Below are positions 37,899 through 46,811 of a stretch of 64,000 nt of DNA, piece after piece. The notes beneath the pieces were generated by a model. It saw only the letters and a list, made by a program, of their open reading frames with translations, did no database searches and had not been told where the DNA came from. This stretch comes from Patescibacteria group bacterium. GTDB lineage: Bacteria > Patescibacteriota > UBA1384 > UBA12157 > JAENIV01. Position numbers and translations under genes: made by a program. Location: NCBI GenBank assembly GCA_049515915.1, contig JBEKTP010000006.1:4865-68864 (forward strand). Reading direction: 5' to 3'. Numbering within the stretch: the stretch's first letter is position 1; every line of letters begins with the position of its first letter.

Positions 37899-38375
37899 TT
37901 ACTTCAGAAGAGAGACTACGTGAGCTCTCTCCTTCTTGAGGCGTTCAGCCTCTTTACGGGCCATCTCTCGCTCCTCGCGCACCTGCTTCTCGTGCTTGGC
38001 CAGAAGCCGAGAAAACTCGGTCTTCTGCATGAAGAAGATGGTGCCGTTCGGAGCAGTTGTACCACCACCCTTTTCAAGGGTAGCGTACTCAACGAGGACT
38101 TTGTCCCCGTCAAACTTGATGACCTTGAGGATGCCGTTACACGAGATACAGGCTTCCTCACCGAAGGCAAAACGGCCATTGCAGTTCGAGATACCGTCGG
38201 GATTAGCGACGGTGACCCAATTAGGCCAGTCAGGCGACTCGTTCATCTGGTAGTACATGGACGGGTGGTCCTGTACCTTTACCGGAACGGTGCTGCCGAC
38301 CTTGACGGCTGCCAGAGCCGTGTTCGCGAACACTACAACCATTACGAGGATCAGGATACCGGCGAGACGCTTCAT
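37899..38375 (-). CDS. Secreted hypothetical protein (GC-rich gene)
   Basis: Signal peptide MKRLAGILILVMVVVFANTALA, Cys-containing body, basic coiled C-terminus. GC-rich coding DNA. Confidence 0.4.
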   Translation of the reverse strand: MKRLAGILILVMVVVFANTALAAVKVGSTVPVKVQDHPSMYYQMNESPDWPNWVTVANPDGISNCNGRFAFGEEACISCNGILKVIKFDGDKVLVEYATLEKGGGTTAPNGTIFFMQKTEFSRLLAKHEKQVREEREMARKEAERLKKERAHVVSLLK

Positions 38376-38480
38376 TTTGCTTCACCTCTCTCTTGGAGTT
38401 CTGTTCCACGAATTTCAAACCATATATTCTGATTGTGGAACCTTAATACTATAGCACAAAAAAGTTCAAATGTCAAGTCA

Positions 38481-38510
38481 TTAACAGGTTCAAATTTACC
38501 AACCTGTTAA
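38481..38510. promoter_or_regulatory. Perfect 10-bp inverted repeat with 10-bp spacer (candidate operator)
   Basis: TTAACAGGTT caaatttacc AACCTGTTAA. Tandem TTGACA boxes at 38595-38610 nearby. Confidence 0.3.
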
Positions 38511-38998
38511 CCTATAAGTATCAAAAAATGACCCAACGAGTGGATCATTTTTTGGTGGAGCTAGGGAGAATTGCACTCCCGTCCAAAAAACGATTTGACA
38601 ATCTTTGACAAGCATAGATACAGTCCTTGTTATCTTAAGAGTTATACCAGGACGATCTCTAACTCTCGAAGGTCAACTAATGTCGCCATTTCCGACCGGT
38701 CAACCAACGCATCGGAATGACGTGCTTAACCCCGGCTTACGCTAGAGCTAAGGCAGGTGCTAAATTTGGTTTAGCGTTTAGATTTTGCCACGATTTTTTA
38801 CGAGAATGCGTAGCCTACTCGACTTGAAATTGTCAAACGGGTTTTTTGTCGAATCTATATAGCCCCGTTACCTAAACCCTACCATATTTTCAGTCGGAAG
38901 TCAAGCAAATAAACATCAGCTTGACATTAAAGATAGGTTTTGATATTTTCAAATGCCTGACAGATCGTTGCTATTCTGATTCGTAAGGAGATTCGCCG

Positions 38999-39454
38999 AT
39001 GATGCCAGAGGAGACCACGCTGGTCCTGATCAAGCCCCACGATGTCTACCGCAGACAAATCACGCCTATCCTGAGTTTGCTCGATACTGACAATCTTCGA
39101 ATCACGGGCATCAAGATGATCCGACCGTCTCTTCAGATGGTCGAGGATCACTATCAGGAACATGCGGGTAAGGACTACTTTCCTTGGCTCTGCGAACAAC
39201 TCGATGATCAGCCAGTCGTCGCCATCGCCATCTCGGGCAAGAACGCCGTGAAAAGAATCCGCGGGATAGTCGGACCCACTAAGCCCGAAGATAACTCGTC
39301 GTACACCATCCGCGGAAAGTTCTCGGATGACACTTTCGAAGCTTCTCGCCGAGAGAAGCGCGCCGTCCGGAACGTCGTCCACGCTGTCTCAAGCCTTGAG
39401 GATGCCGAGCGCGAGCTCAAGATCTGGTTTCGGGCAGAAGAGCTACTTACGTAG
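38999..39454 (+). CDS. ndk: Nucleoside diphosphate kinase (GC-rich gene)
   Basis: LVLIKPHDV, HY.EH, SGKNAV..IRG, YTIRGKFS, NVVHAV NDK motifs. Confidence 0.75.
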   Translation: MMPEETTLVLIKPHDVYRRQITPILSLLDTDNLRITGIKMIRPSLQMVEDHYQEHAGKDYFPWLCEQLDDQPVVAIAISGKNAVKRIRGIVGPTKPEDNSSYTIRGKFSDDTFEASRREKRAVRNVVHAVSSLEDAERELKIWFRAEELLT

Positions 39455-39558
39455 CACAAATGATCCAGTAGGCAGGCCTTTTGGCCTGCCTACACTCATT
39501 TCATCAAAAATATCTTGACAAAATGTAAAGTTTCCTTTACAATTTTATTGGAGAAGAG

Positions 39559-40233
39559 ATGGTTAAAATTTATGTTCGAACTTTCTCAAATAAATTTAAA
39601 AATTTAAGAGAGGAAAAAAAATTAACTCAGGAAGAACTGGCTGAACGCTTGGGGATTTCGAGGCAGTCAGTGATTTCGGTTGAACGCGGTAAAAATCTCC
39701 CTTCCCTGCCCTTAGCCCTGCGCATCGCCGAGATTTTCGAGCAATCCTTTGATGAACTTTTCTTTAACAAGCAAAAAATTGAGAAAGGAGGTGAAAACAA
39801 AATGCCACGTTACATTATGCCTTGGTCGCCGTTGCGCGATTTAGACCGATTTTTTGAAGACGATGATCTAACTTCGTTACCCGGCTCGCGCGGTTGGCAA
39901 TTTCCAGCCGTTGACGTCAAGCAGTCCGAAAAAGACGTCACCATCACCGCCAATATCGCCGGTATCAAAGAAGAAGATATTAATGTCGAAGTCGGCGACA
40001 CCTATATCGATATTTCAGGTGAACGAAAAGCCGAAATCGAAGAAAAAGAGGAAGATTATTACCGCAAGGAAATTCGATACGGCTCTTTCGCCCGCCGAAT
40101 TCCTCTGCCGGCGGAGGTAAACGCCGACAAAGCCGAAGCCTCGATTAAAGACGGCCAGCTCAGAATTATTGCCCCTAAAATCGAACCGGAAAAACCCAAA
40201 ACGACCAAGATCAAAATCAAAAAAGAATCCTAA
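39559..40233 (+). CDS. XRE-family HTH domain fused in frame to an Hsp20/alpha-crystallin domain
   Basis: N-terminal LTQEELAERLGISRQSVISVERGKNLPSLPLALRIAEIF HTH. An internal AAAGGAGGTG RBS + ATG at 39802 opens MPRYIMPWSPLRDLDRFF, a complete alpha-crystallin domain. Confidence 0.7.
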   Translation: MVKIYVRTFSNKFKNLREEKKLTQEELAERLGISRQSVISVERGKNLPSLPLALRIAEIFEQSFDELFFNKQKIEKGGENKMPRYIMPWSPLRDLDRFFEDDDLTSLPGSRGWQFPAVDVKQSEKDVTITANIAGIKEEDINVEVGDTYIDISGERKAEIEEKEEDYYRKEIRYGSFARRIPLPAEVNADKAEASIKDGQLRIIAPKIEPEKPKTTKIKIKKES

Positions 40234-40341
40234 CCAAAATTCCCCCGCCTGGGGGATTTTTGGTTGCGAAAACTATAATTATCTGGTAAAATAATTTAGA
40301 AATGTACAAAAAAACATTTTATCAATGTTTAATTTACACAT

Positions 40342-40418
40342 GGGCTCGTAGCTCAGTTGGTTAGAGCGTCACGTTGACATCGTGAAGGTCACCCGTTCAA
40401 ATCGGGTCGGGCCCACCA
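40342..40418 (+). tRNA. tRNA-Val (anticodon GAC)
   Basis: Acceptor GGGCTCG/CGGGCCC, anticodon stem TCACG/CGTGA with loop TTGACAT, T-arm ACCCG TTCAAAT CGGGT, encoded CCA. Confidence 0.85.
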
Positions 40419-40482
40419 CTAAAAAATATCTCCGCTCTTTTGTTAGGAGATTTTTTTATAAAAAGTACTTATTTTAGTCGAT

Positions 40483-41493
40483 TTAAGAATATAACTTCCG
40501 AATTTCAGGCCATTCCTGGATCAAAACGGAAAGGGCCGCCGCGACCGGTACGGCAATGATAATTCCCAAAAGCCCCATCAACTCGGCGCCAACCAGCAAA
40601 GCCAAAATAATAATCACCGGCGAAAGACCGACCGCTTTACCCATAATTTTTGGGGCCAAAAAATTTGATTCGATCTGTTGAATAATAACAAAAGCAATCA
40701 AAACCAAGATGCCTTTGAGTGGCGAAAGACTAAAACTGATGGCGACCGCCGGAATTAATCCGAGCCACGGACCGATATAAGGCACAACTTCAATTAATCC
40801 TCCCCAAAGCGCCAAGGCCAGAGCATAAGGAACACCCAGCGAAATCAGAGCGATAAAATCAAGCGCCCCGATAATGAACATCAAAACAAATTGGCTGCGC
40901 AGCCAGCTACCCATCTTTTCACTAATTTTTTTGAGAATCGGGATAATTTTCTCTTTTTTTTCAGAAGGGATACTTTGATTTAAAAAATTCTTAATCGCAT
41001 TTTGTTCAAGGAGCATATAAAATGACAAGACCAAAATGGTCAAAAAACCCAAAAGACCGGTGATAAAACCGACGGTTGTCGAGTAAAGACCGCTGGAGAT
41101 TTTCCCAATTTGAGATGAAACATTGAATAATCCCTGCTGATAGTTCCCTAATGAATTTTGAATATGCTGATAAAGAGGGCCTAATTTTATGGCAATTGAT
41201 GGTAGATTGATGGCTAGTTGTTTGACTTCGGTTACCACCGGCGGCACGATTAAAAAACCAACCGCCGCCAAAATCCCCAAAACAACGATGCTTAAGATGA
41301 TTACCGCTAAAAGTCGGGGGATATATTTGGTCATACGATCAACTAACGGACCTAAGGCGGCCACAACCACCAAAACAATAAAAAATAAGAAAACGATATT
41401 ACGAACGGCAAAAAGAAGCCAAATGCCTAAAACGACAGCGGCGACTTTTAAAATCGTGACCGTGGAGATATCGAATTTAACTTTCTGTTCCAT
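40483..41493 (-). CDS. AI-2E family transporter (UPF0118/PerM-like) membrane protein
   Basis: 336 aa, ~8 TM helices, characteristic topology and Gly/Pro-rich TM motifs. Confidence 0.55.
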   Translation of the reverse strand: MEQKVKFDISTVTILKVAAVVLGIWLLFAVRNIVFLFFIVLVVVAALGPLVDRMTKYIPRLLAVIILSIVVLGILAAVGFLIVPPVVTEVKQLAINLPSIAIKLGPLYQHIQNSLGNYQQGLFNVSSQIGKISSGLYSTTVGFITGLLGFLTILVLSFYMLLEQNAIKNFLNQSIPSEKKEKIIPILKKISEKMGSWLRSQFVLMFIIGALDFIALISLGVPYALALALWGGLIEVVPYIGPWLGLIPAVAISFSLSPLKGILVLIAFVIIQQIESNFLAPKIMGKAVGLSPVIIILALLVGAELMGLLGIIIAVPVAAALSVLIQEWPEIRKLYS

Positions 41494-41551
41494 TTATCCT
41501 CCCATATATTTTAAGCTTTTTTGGAGTAAAAAACAAGAGAGAAGGTTGTCC

Positions 41552-41580
41552 TTGACTTTAATTAGGTTCTATGATATAAT
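41552..41580 (+). promoter_or_regulatory. Consensus sigma70 promoter (TTGACT-17-TATAAT)
   Basis: TTGACT 41552-41557, 17-bp spacer, TATAAT 41575-41580. Upstream of the TolB-like gene. Confidence 0.4.
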
Positions 41581-41633
41581 TTCAGGTTGTACATTGACAG
41601 GCGAAAAAGCCTGGGCCGATGCCCGGCTAAATA

Positions 41634-42629
41634 TTGTTGGATGCGTGGGAGGAGACGATGTTGCGGAGAATGGTAGCACTACTGGTTGCTCTAACTCTGA
41701 TGTTGGCGTTTACTACGGCGCTGTTCGCGGCGCCCCTCGTGCGGCCGGCGATGCCGTGGAGAGAGATCTCCACCTTCGCCTTCAGCGTTCAAGTGACAGA
41801 TGCAACTACTGGCGCTATCGTCAGTAAGAACATCTGGGGCTGGGATGGAAAAAAGTTCGTGATGCTTGTAAACGCCCAAGGCACCGAAGCCCACCAGCCG
41901 GCGTTTTCGCCGGATGGCCGGTTCATGGCGTATGCGGAGCGGTCGAACGGAGATCTCAACATCTGGGTGAAAGATCTCCGATCCGGCCGGTCCCATCGGG
42001 TAACTTTCGGGACGGAAGACCAGGAACCTGCCTGGAGCCCGGACGGGACCAAACTCGTCTTCAAACAAGGACCATGGCCAGCCAAGGTGGTCACGATCAA
42101 CGTGAGCAACCTGAATACGCCTGGCCAACCAGAGCGAGTGTCAGCCGCGCCAGAGTCGGCAGACGAAGGTCACCCCACGTGGGGTGACGGAGTCATCTGC
42201 TGGCAAGTCGATCTAACGGACAATGGCCATACCCAGATCTGGAAGAAGAATTTGGTCAACGGCGAGATCACGGCGGAGGTTCAGGTTGCCGATACTGATG
42301 CCGTTGAACCAGCACTTCTTGGCACGCGGCTAGTCTTCGCCACCCCATTCGGGATATTCGTCAAGACTCTCGGGGAAGCGAATCCCGAAACACCTTTACT
42401 CGATTTCGGGAACCTCCCGGCCTGGGCGCCGGACGGTAGTGGGTTCTATCTATCCGCTACCGAAACTAATCCGGTCGATGGGACATCAAAGACCAGTATC
42501 GTCTTCGCCAGCCTCAATGACGAAGGTGTCACCAGAGTCAGCTGGCTGACAGCCCAGTTCGACTGGGCTTCGGAGCCGACAGCGGCGTTCAGCCGCGACG
42601 TCGGCACCCATCGTTACCTTCCTATGTAA
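41634..42629 (+). CDS. Secreted TolB-like beta-propeller (PD40 repeat) protein (GC-rich gene)
   Basis: Signal/TM segment plus repeated PAFSPDGRFMAY, PAWSPDGTKLVF, PAWAPDGSGFYL PD40 motifs. Confidence 0.6.
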   Translation: MLDAWEETMLRRMVALLVALTLMLAFTTALFAAPLVRPAMPWREISTFAFSVQVTDATTGAIVSKNIWGWDGKKFVMLVNAQGTEAHQPAFSPDGRFMAYAERSNGDLNIWVKDLRSGRSHRVTFGTEDQEPAWSPDGTKLVFKQGPWPAKVVTINVSNLNTPGQPERVSAAPESADEGHPTWGDGVICWQVDLTDNGHTQIWKKNLVNGEITAEVQVADTDAVEPALLGTRLVFATPFGIFVKTLGEANPETPLLDFGNLPAWAPDGSGFYLSATETNPVDGTSKTSIVFASLNDEGVTRVSWLTAQFDWASEPTAAFSRDVGTHRYLPM

Positions 42630-42736
42630 GGGAATATCTGGGATGAAGGAAAAAGGAGGTGCGATCGGGACATTCCACCGGACCTGGGGACGGCGTGCTT
42701 GCGCGCCGTCCCTTTTTTATTCTCAAAATATTTGCC

Positions 42737-42765
42737 TTGACGCGAGTGTTCGGCTATGCTATAAT
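42737..42765 (+). promoter_or_regulatory. Consensus sigma70 promoter (TTGACG-17-TATAAT)
   Basis: TTGACG 42737-42742, 17-bp spacer, TATAAT 42760-42765. Upstream of the 42820 gene. Confidence 0.45.
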
Positions 42766-42819
42766 GCGTAGTTGTTCTTCGACAACTAAATAGAAAACCA
42801 AATGGCGAGGGAGATTGCA

Positions 42820-43695
42820 ATGAAGACCGTCGGATGGATATTCGTCGCACTGGTTGTTGCCCTGGTCCTCGTCTGCGGCAGGATGGGACCAAAATCCCAG
42901 AACCAGCCGGCCGTCAAGGTCATCGTCGATCTTAACGAAACGTCCGGCGGCGCTAACTTGCGCGTTGCCCGAACAGAATCCCTTGACGAAAGGACGACTC
43001 TCAAGCGCTGGGCCAGCCTCACGCCGATGAGTGGAAATCAAATCACTCTCGACACCACCGACTTACTTGAGAGTGATAAGGCCCCCCGTACGTATTGGTC
43101 TGACGATAACGGACTCCTCGCACTTTGGTCTTACGATGAAGAAAGCGACAGTCCCATCGGCGTCTTCGATGCGACTACTGGCCAACGAATTCATACTTTG
43201 CCAGTGCTCCGGAATCACCACGGACCGCTTACCATTTCAGCCGACAATCAATGGGCGGTGTGTGACTTTTTCTCCCACAACCTCAAGACCGGCCGGGACA
43301 CTCGACTGGACGGCTGGTACGTCGCGTATAAAGGCAACCAGCTTTGTAAGGTCGAAGTCGAGCCACTCTGGCTGGACTCGACTCACATTCTCATGGGCGG
43401 ATGGGTGCCGGGACTTCTCAAAGATGACGGCACAGCTGATCCGCCCAACTCGGGATTTCTGGCTATCTACGACGTTGAAAGCGGCCAGAAAGAAGATCTG
43501 ATGAGCCGATTACCCAAAGGTTCACTCATCGTCGGGATCATTAATGAGTTACCCAGATATGTCGATGTCGAGATTTCCGACAACCGCACCGGCGATGGCA
43601 ACGAGCCCATAAGAACGGCCACCTACCGATTCCGCATCCGTGTCAAAGTCGAACCGACGGCCACCAAAGTGGCCGTCGGCGAACCCGCTGAATAA
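42820..43695 (+). CDS. Membrane-anchored hypothetical protein (GC-rich gene)
   Basis: N-terminal TM MKTVGWIFVALVVALVLV, no recognisable domain. Confidence 0.4.
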   Translation: MKTVGWIFVALVVALVLVCGRMGPKSQNQPAVKVIVDLNETSGGANLRVARTESLDERTTLKRWASLTPMSGNQITLDTTDLLESDKAPRTYWSDDNGLLALWSYDEESDSPIGVFDATTGQRIHTLPVLRNHHGPLTISADNQWAVCDFFSHNLKTGRDTRLDGWYVAYKGNQLCKVEVEPLWLDSTHILMGGWVPGLLKDDGTADPPNSGFLAIYDVESGQKEDLMSRLPKGSLIVGIINELPRYVDVEISDNRTGDGNEPIRTATYRFRIRVKVEPTATKVAVGEPAE

Positions 43696-43708
43696 GAACG
43701 AGTCCTGC

Positions 43709-43737
43709 GAAGGCCTGGTCCTCTGGACCAGGCCTTC
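43709..43737. terminator. Bidirectional terminator hairpin
   Basis: GAAGGCCTGGTCC tct GGACCAGGCCTTC, a perfect 13-bp stem between convergent genes. Confidence 0.6.
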
Positions 43738-43753
43738 TCCTATTTAGAGTATT

Positions 43754-44851
43754 TTATTCGTCTGACAACCGAAATCGCCATATCGAGATAGCCAGCATCA
43801 CCACAATCCAAATGCCAACGATAATAATGTTGCTGGGATTACTCAAAGGCGAAATATTTTGGTTTCCGATTTGCCGAATCATTCGAAGCAGCGGCGACAA
43901 GGGAAGATATTGAACAATTTTAAAAAGCCAACTCGGCAACGAGTCGATGGGAAAAAAGACGCCAGCCAAAAACATCATCGGAATAGTAATGGCCACTGAC
44001 ATTCCTTGAGCGGCATCTTCGGTTTTGGAGACGCTCGCCACCGTAAAACCAATCGTTTGGAAAAGCAAACCGCCTAAAAGCGCAAATAAAAATAGTAAGA
44101 AAATGTTGCCGATAATATGGGCGTGAAAACCATAAACCCCAATTATCAAAATGAAGCTGACTTGAAACAAATTTAAAACCAACCGCGAGAGAACCTCGGC
44201 GAAGACAAATTTCCACGAGGCCAACGGCGTGGTCGTAATGCGTTTGAGGATTTTATCTTGGCGATATTTGGCCATGGCAATGGCAATGCCCTGAACGGCC
44301 GAGTTCATCAGAGCCAGACCGATTAAACCCATCAACACAAAATCAAAATAGTTTAAATTATTATTCGTCGATGTTTCGCTCTTAACCGAATAAATCGCTT
44401 TCGCTTTTTGAATTTGATAATTTACATTGGTCAGATATTGAGAAAGGAAACCTTCAATCGTCGCGTTGGCGGAAGCGTTGGCCGGGTCGTTGATAAAATT
44501 AATTTGCGTCGGCGCGCCCGGTTTTGACAAACCAAAATCAGCCGGTATTTCAACGATCGCCGCAATTTTGCCTTTTTGAAGTAAATCTTTGGCAGTCGCT
44601 AAATCAGTTTCCTTTTGAATGCTAAAAAGTCCGGCCGAGGTAGCCGCTTGCTCGAGATTGGTCGCTAGCGGACTTTGCGAATTATTAATCCAAGCCACCG
44701 TACCAACCGAAGTCTTTGTGCCGCCAAAGAAAAAGCCGAAGATAATCGTAAACATTAACGGAAAAGCCAGACTCCAAAAGAGAGCTTGGCGGCCGCGGAC
44801 CATCATTTTTAAATTGGCGATAAATAATTTAGCCATTGTCATTTTCCTCAT
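43754..44851 (-). CDS. ABC-2 type transporter permease
   Basis: 6-TM ABC-2 permease layout with N-terminal cytoplasmic segment and a large first extracellular loop. Confidence 0.7.
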   Translation of the reverse strand: MRKMTMAKLFIANLKMMVRGRQALFWSLAFPLMFTIIFGFFFGGTKTSVGTVAWINNSQSPLATNLEQAATSAGLFSIQKETDLATAKDLLQKGKIAAIVEIPADFGLSKPGAPTQINFINDPANASANATIEGFLSQYLTNVNYQIQKAKAIYSVKSETSTNNNLNYFDFVLMGLIGLALMNSAVQGIAIAMAKYRQDKILKRITTTPLASWKFVFAEVLSRLVLNLFQVSFILIIGVYGFHAHIIGNIFLLFLFALLGGLLFQTIGFTVASVSKTEDAAQGMSVAITIPMMFLAGVFFPIDSLPSWLFKIVQYLPLSPLLRMIRQIGNQNISPLSNPSNIIIVGIWIVVMLAISIWRFRLSDE

Positions 44852-45761
44852 CGGTAATCGTTTTGCCAGTTAATTCAATAAAAAGATCTTCCAGTGTGGA
44901 CCGGCCGACCGAAAAAGTATCGATGTTATATTGATCAAGAATTTTCATCGCCTTCGCTAAACTTTCTTTCGAGCGCAGGAAAACGGAAATGTTATTTTTC
45001 TTACCGCCGAGATTGGAAACTTGACCAATTTTAGCAAATTCGGCACAAGCTTTCGGATTTTCCTTTTCACAAATCGCTTCCACTCGATATGGAAATTCGG
45101 TTTTTTCAATCAATTTATGAGTTTCATCGAGAGCGATAATTTTTCCTTTATCCATAATGGCAATGCAATCGCAAAGAACCTCGGCTTCTTCCATATAGTG
45201 CGTCGTCAAAACAATTGTTTTGCCTTGGGCACGAATTTTAGTAATGACTTCCCATAAGTTGCGCCGCGCCACCGGGTCAAGACCGGTTGTCGGCTCGTCA
45301 AGAAAAATAATTTCGGGGTCGTTAATCAAGCTGGCAATAATGGAAAAACGTTGTTTTTGGCCGCCAGAAAGATTTCTGACATATTGGTCGACTTTACTTT
45401 CGAGTCCAACCATTTTTAATAAATCGTCCGGGTTTTGATTTTTATGATAAAAACTCGCAAATAAATTTAAAATCTCACGTAGTTTTAAAAAATCATAATA
45501 AGCCGAGGACTGCAACTGGACACCAATTTGTTCTTTAATTTTACGTAAATTCTTTTGCACATCGGTTCCCAACACTTCAATTCGGCCGGCCGTTGGTTTT
45601 CTTAAACCCTCAATCATTTCCAGCGTCGTTGTTTTACCGGCACCGTTTTCGCCGAGTAAACCAAAAACTTCTCCACGGTTTACTTCAAAAGAAATATTGT
45701 CGACGGCGGAAAGTGGACCATACTTTTTGATGAGATTTTTGACGATAATAACTTTTTCCAT
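44829..45761 (-). CDS. ABC transporter ATP-binding protein
   Basis: Walker A GENGAGKTT, signature LSGGQKQR, Walker B IIFLDEPTTGLD. Confidence 0.85.
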   Translation of the reverse strand: MEKVIIVKNLIKKYGPLSAVDNISFEVNRGEVFGLLGENGAGKTTTLEMIEGLRKPTAGRIEVLGTDVQKNLRKIKEQIGVQLQSSAYYDFLKLREILNLFASFYHKNQNPDDLLKMVGLESKVDQYVRNLSGGQKQRFSIIASLINDPEIIFLDEPTTGLDPVARRNLWEVITKIRAQGKTIVLTTHYMEEAEVLCDCIAIMDKGKIIALDETHKLIEKTEFPYRVEAICEKENPKACAEFAKIGQVSNLGGKKNNISVFLRSKESLAKAMKILDQYNIDTFSVGRSTLEDLFIELTGKTITDEENDNG

Positions 45762-45800
45762 GCCTTAATATTGTAAAAGAATTTGGCGATACAGTCAATT

Positions 45801-45876
45801 TGGCGCCCTCGGCAGGATTCGGACCTGCGACCTAGACGTTAGGAGTGTCTCGCTCTATCCCCTGAGCTACGAGGGC
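45801..45876 (-). tRNA. tRNA-Arg (anticodon CCT)
   Basis: Minus-strand cloverleaf: acceptor GCCCTCG/CGAGGGC, anticodon loop CTCCTAA, T-arm GCAGG TCCGAAT CCTGC, encoded CCA. Confidence 0.8.
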
Positions 45877-45985
45877 ATCGCTATCTCGATTTTACCATAA
45901 TGATAAGGTATAATAAAGTCGATTGGGGTGTAACGCAGTTACAAAGCATGTTAGCGCGTCTCCGACAAAGTCGGAGTAAAAGTTT

Positions 45986-46058
45986 CGGGGTGTAGCGCAG
46001 TTGGTAGCGCGCAGCGTTCGGGACGCTGAGGTCCGCGGTTCGAATCCGCGCACCCCGA
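45986..46058 (+). tRNA. tRNA-Pro (anticodon CGG)
   Basis: C1-G72 acceptor pair (CGGGGTG/CACCCCG) typical of bacterial tRNA-Pro, anticodon stem CAGCG/CGCTG with loop TTCGGGA, T-arm CGCGG TTCGAAT CCGCG. Confidence 0.8.
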
Positions 46059-46338
46059 CTTTTTAGTGATTAAAAACATAGAAATCATCAGCCCCGCTCT
46101 ATAATAAATTAAATTTCGACATCGCCTTAAAATGACTCTTAAAATAGTTATTGGGGAAGATTCTATCAAATTAGTCCTTTCTTCTTGATTTATTAATGAC
46201 GATGTGCTATACTAAAAGCGAAGTTTGAAGAGTGCTCGTGCGTATTTCGACCCCTCGAGGGTAGAATACCCCGAGAAACGTCAGACGGGGTCGAAAAGTA
46301 TTGTCCAACCGATTAACTGGTTGGAAAAGAAAGAGAAA

Positions 46339-46605
46339 ATGGAAGAACAAAAAAACAAGTTGTACGTAGGCAATTTGCCCTATTCTACGACTGACGAGTC
46401 TTTGAAAGATCTCTTTGCCGGCGCTGGTGAAGTTGTTGAAGCGAAAGTTATCACCGACAAATTCAGCGGACGATCAAAGGGATTTGGCTTTGTTACCATG
46501 AAAGACGATGCAGCTGCGGAAGCAGCGATCGCAGCCATGGATGGCAAGGAAATCGAAGGCCGACAGATCAAGGTCAATGTTGCCCGTCCAATGCGCGAAC
46601 GGTAA
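46339..46605 (+). CDS. RRM (RNA recognition motif) RNA-binding protein
   Basis: RNP-2 LYVGNL and RNP-1 KGFGFVTM. Start set at MEEQKNK. Confidence 0.75.
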   Translation: MEEQKNKLYVGNLPYSTTDESLKDLFAGAGEVVEAKVITDKFSGRSKGFGFVTMKDDAAAEAAIAAMDGKEIEGRQIKVNVARPMRER

Positions 46606-46630
46606 ACTCTAAGTTTATCATAAGCAAGCA

Positions 46631-46658
46631 AAAACCCGCCTTAAAGCGGGTTTTTGCG
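46631..46658 (+). terminator. Rho-independent terminator
   Basis: AAAACCCGC cttaa GCGGGTTTTT. Confidence 0.6.
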
Positions 46659-46811
46659 TATATTTAGATTTTAAAGATAAGGACAATCACTTCGGTATGT
46701 TTAAAAAAATTCACCCAGTCCGACCGACTGTCAAGATAGTGGTTTGAAAAAAGTGTTCAAATTAGTTAGAATGAGAATGGATACATTTGTTCTATCTTAG
46801 AAAGAAAGGAG

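Noticed and set aside
35600-39000. tmRNA (ssrA) near smpB
   Set aside because: I searched intergenic regions for a tRNA-Ala-like acceptor/T-arm pair with a tag-reading frame. None recognised in this window.
42614-43041. Three overlapping minus-strand ORFs in the GC-rich island
   Set aside because: High GC generates long open frames on all strands. The plus-strand gene has the promoter, RBS and TM signal.
45951-46169. 72-aa minus-strand ORF
   Set aside because: Lies across tRNA-Pro and the tRNA-like fragment. Spurious.
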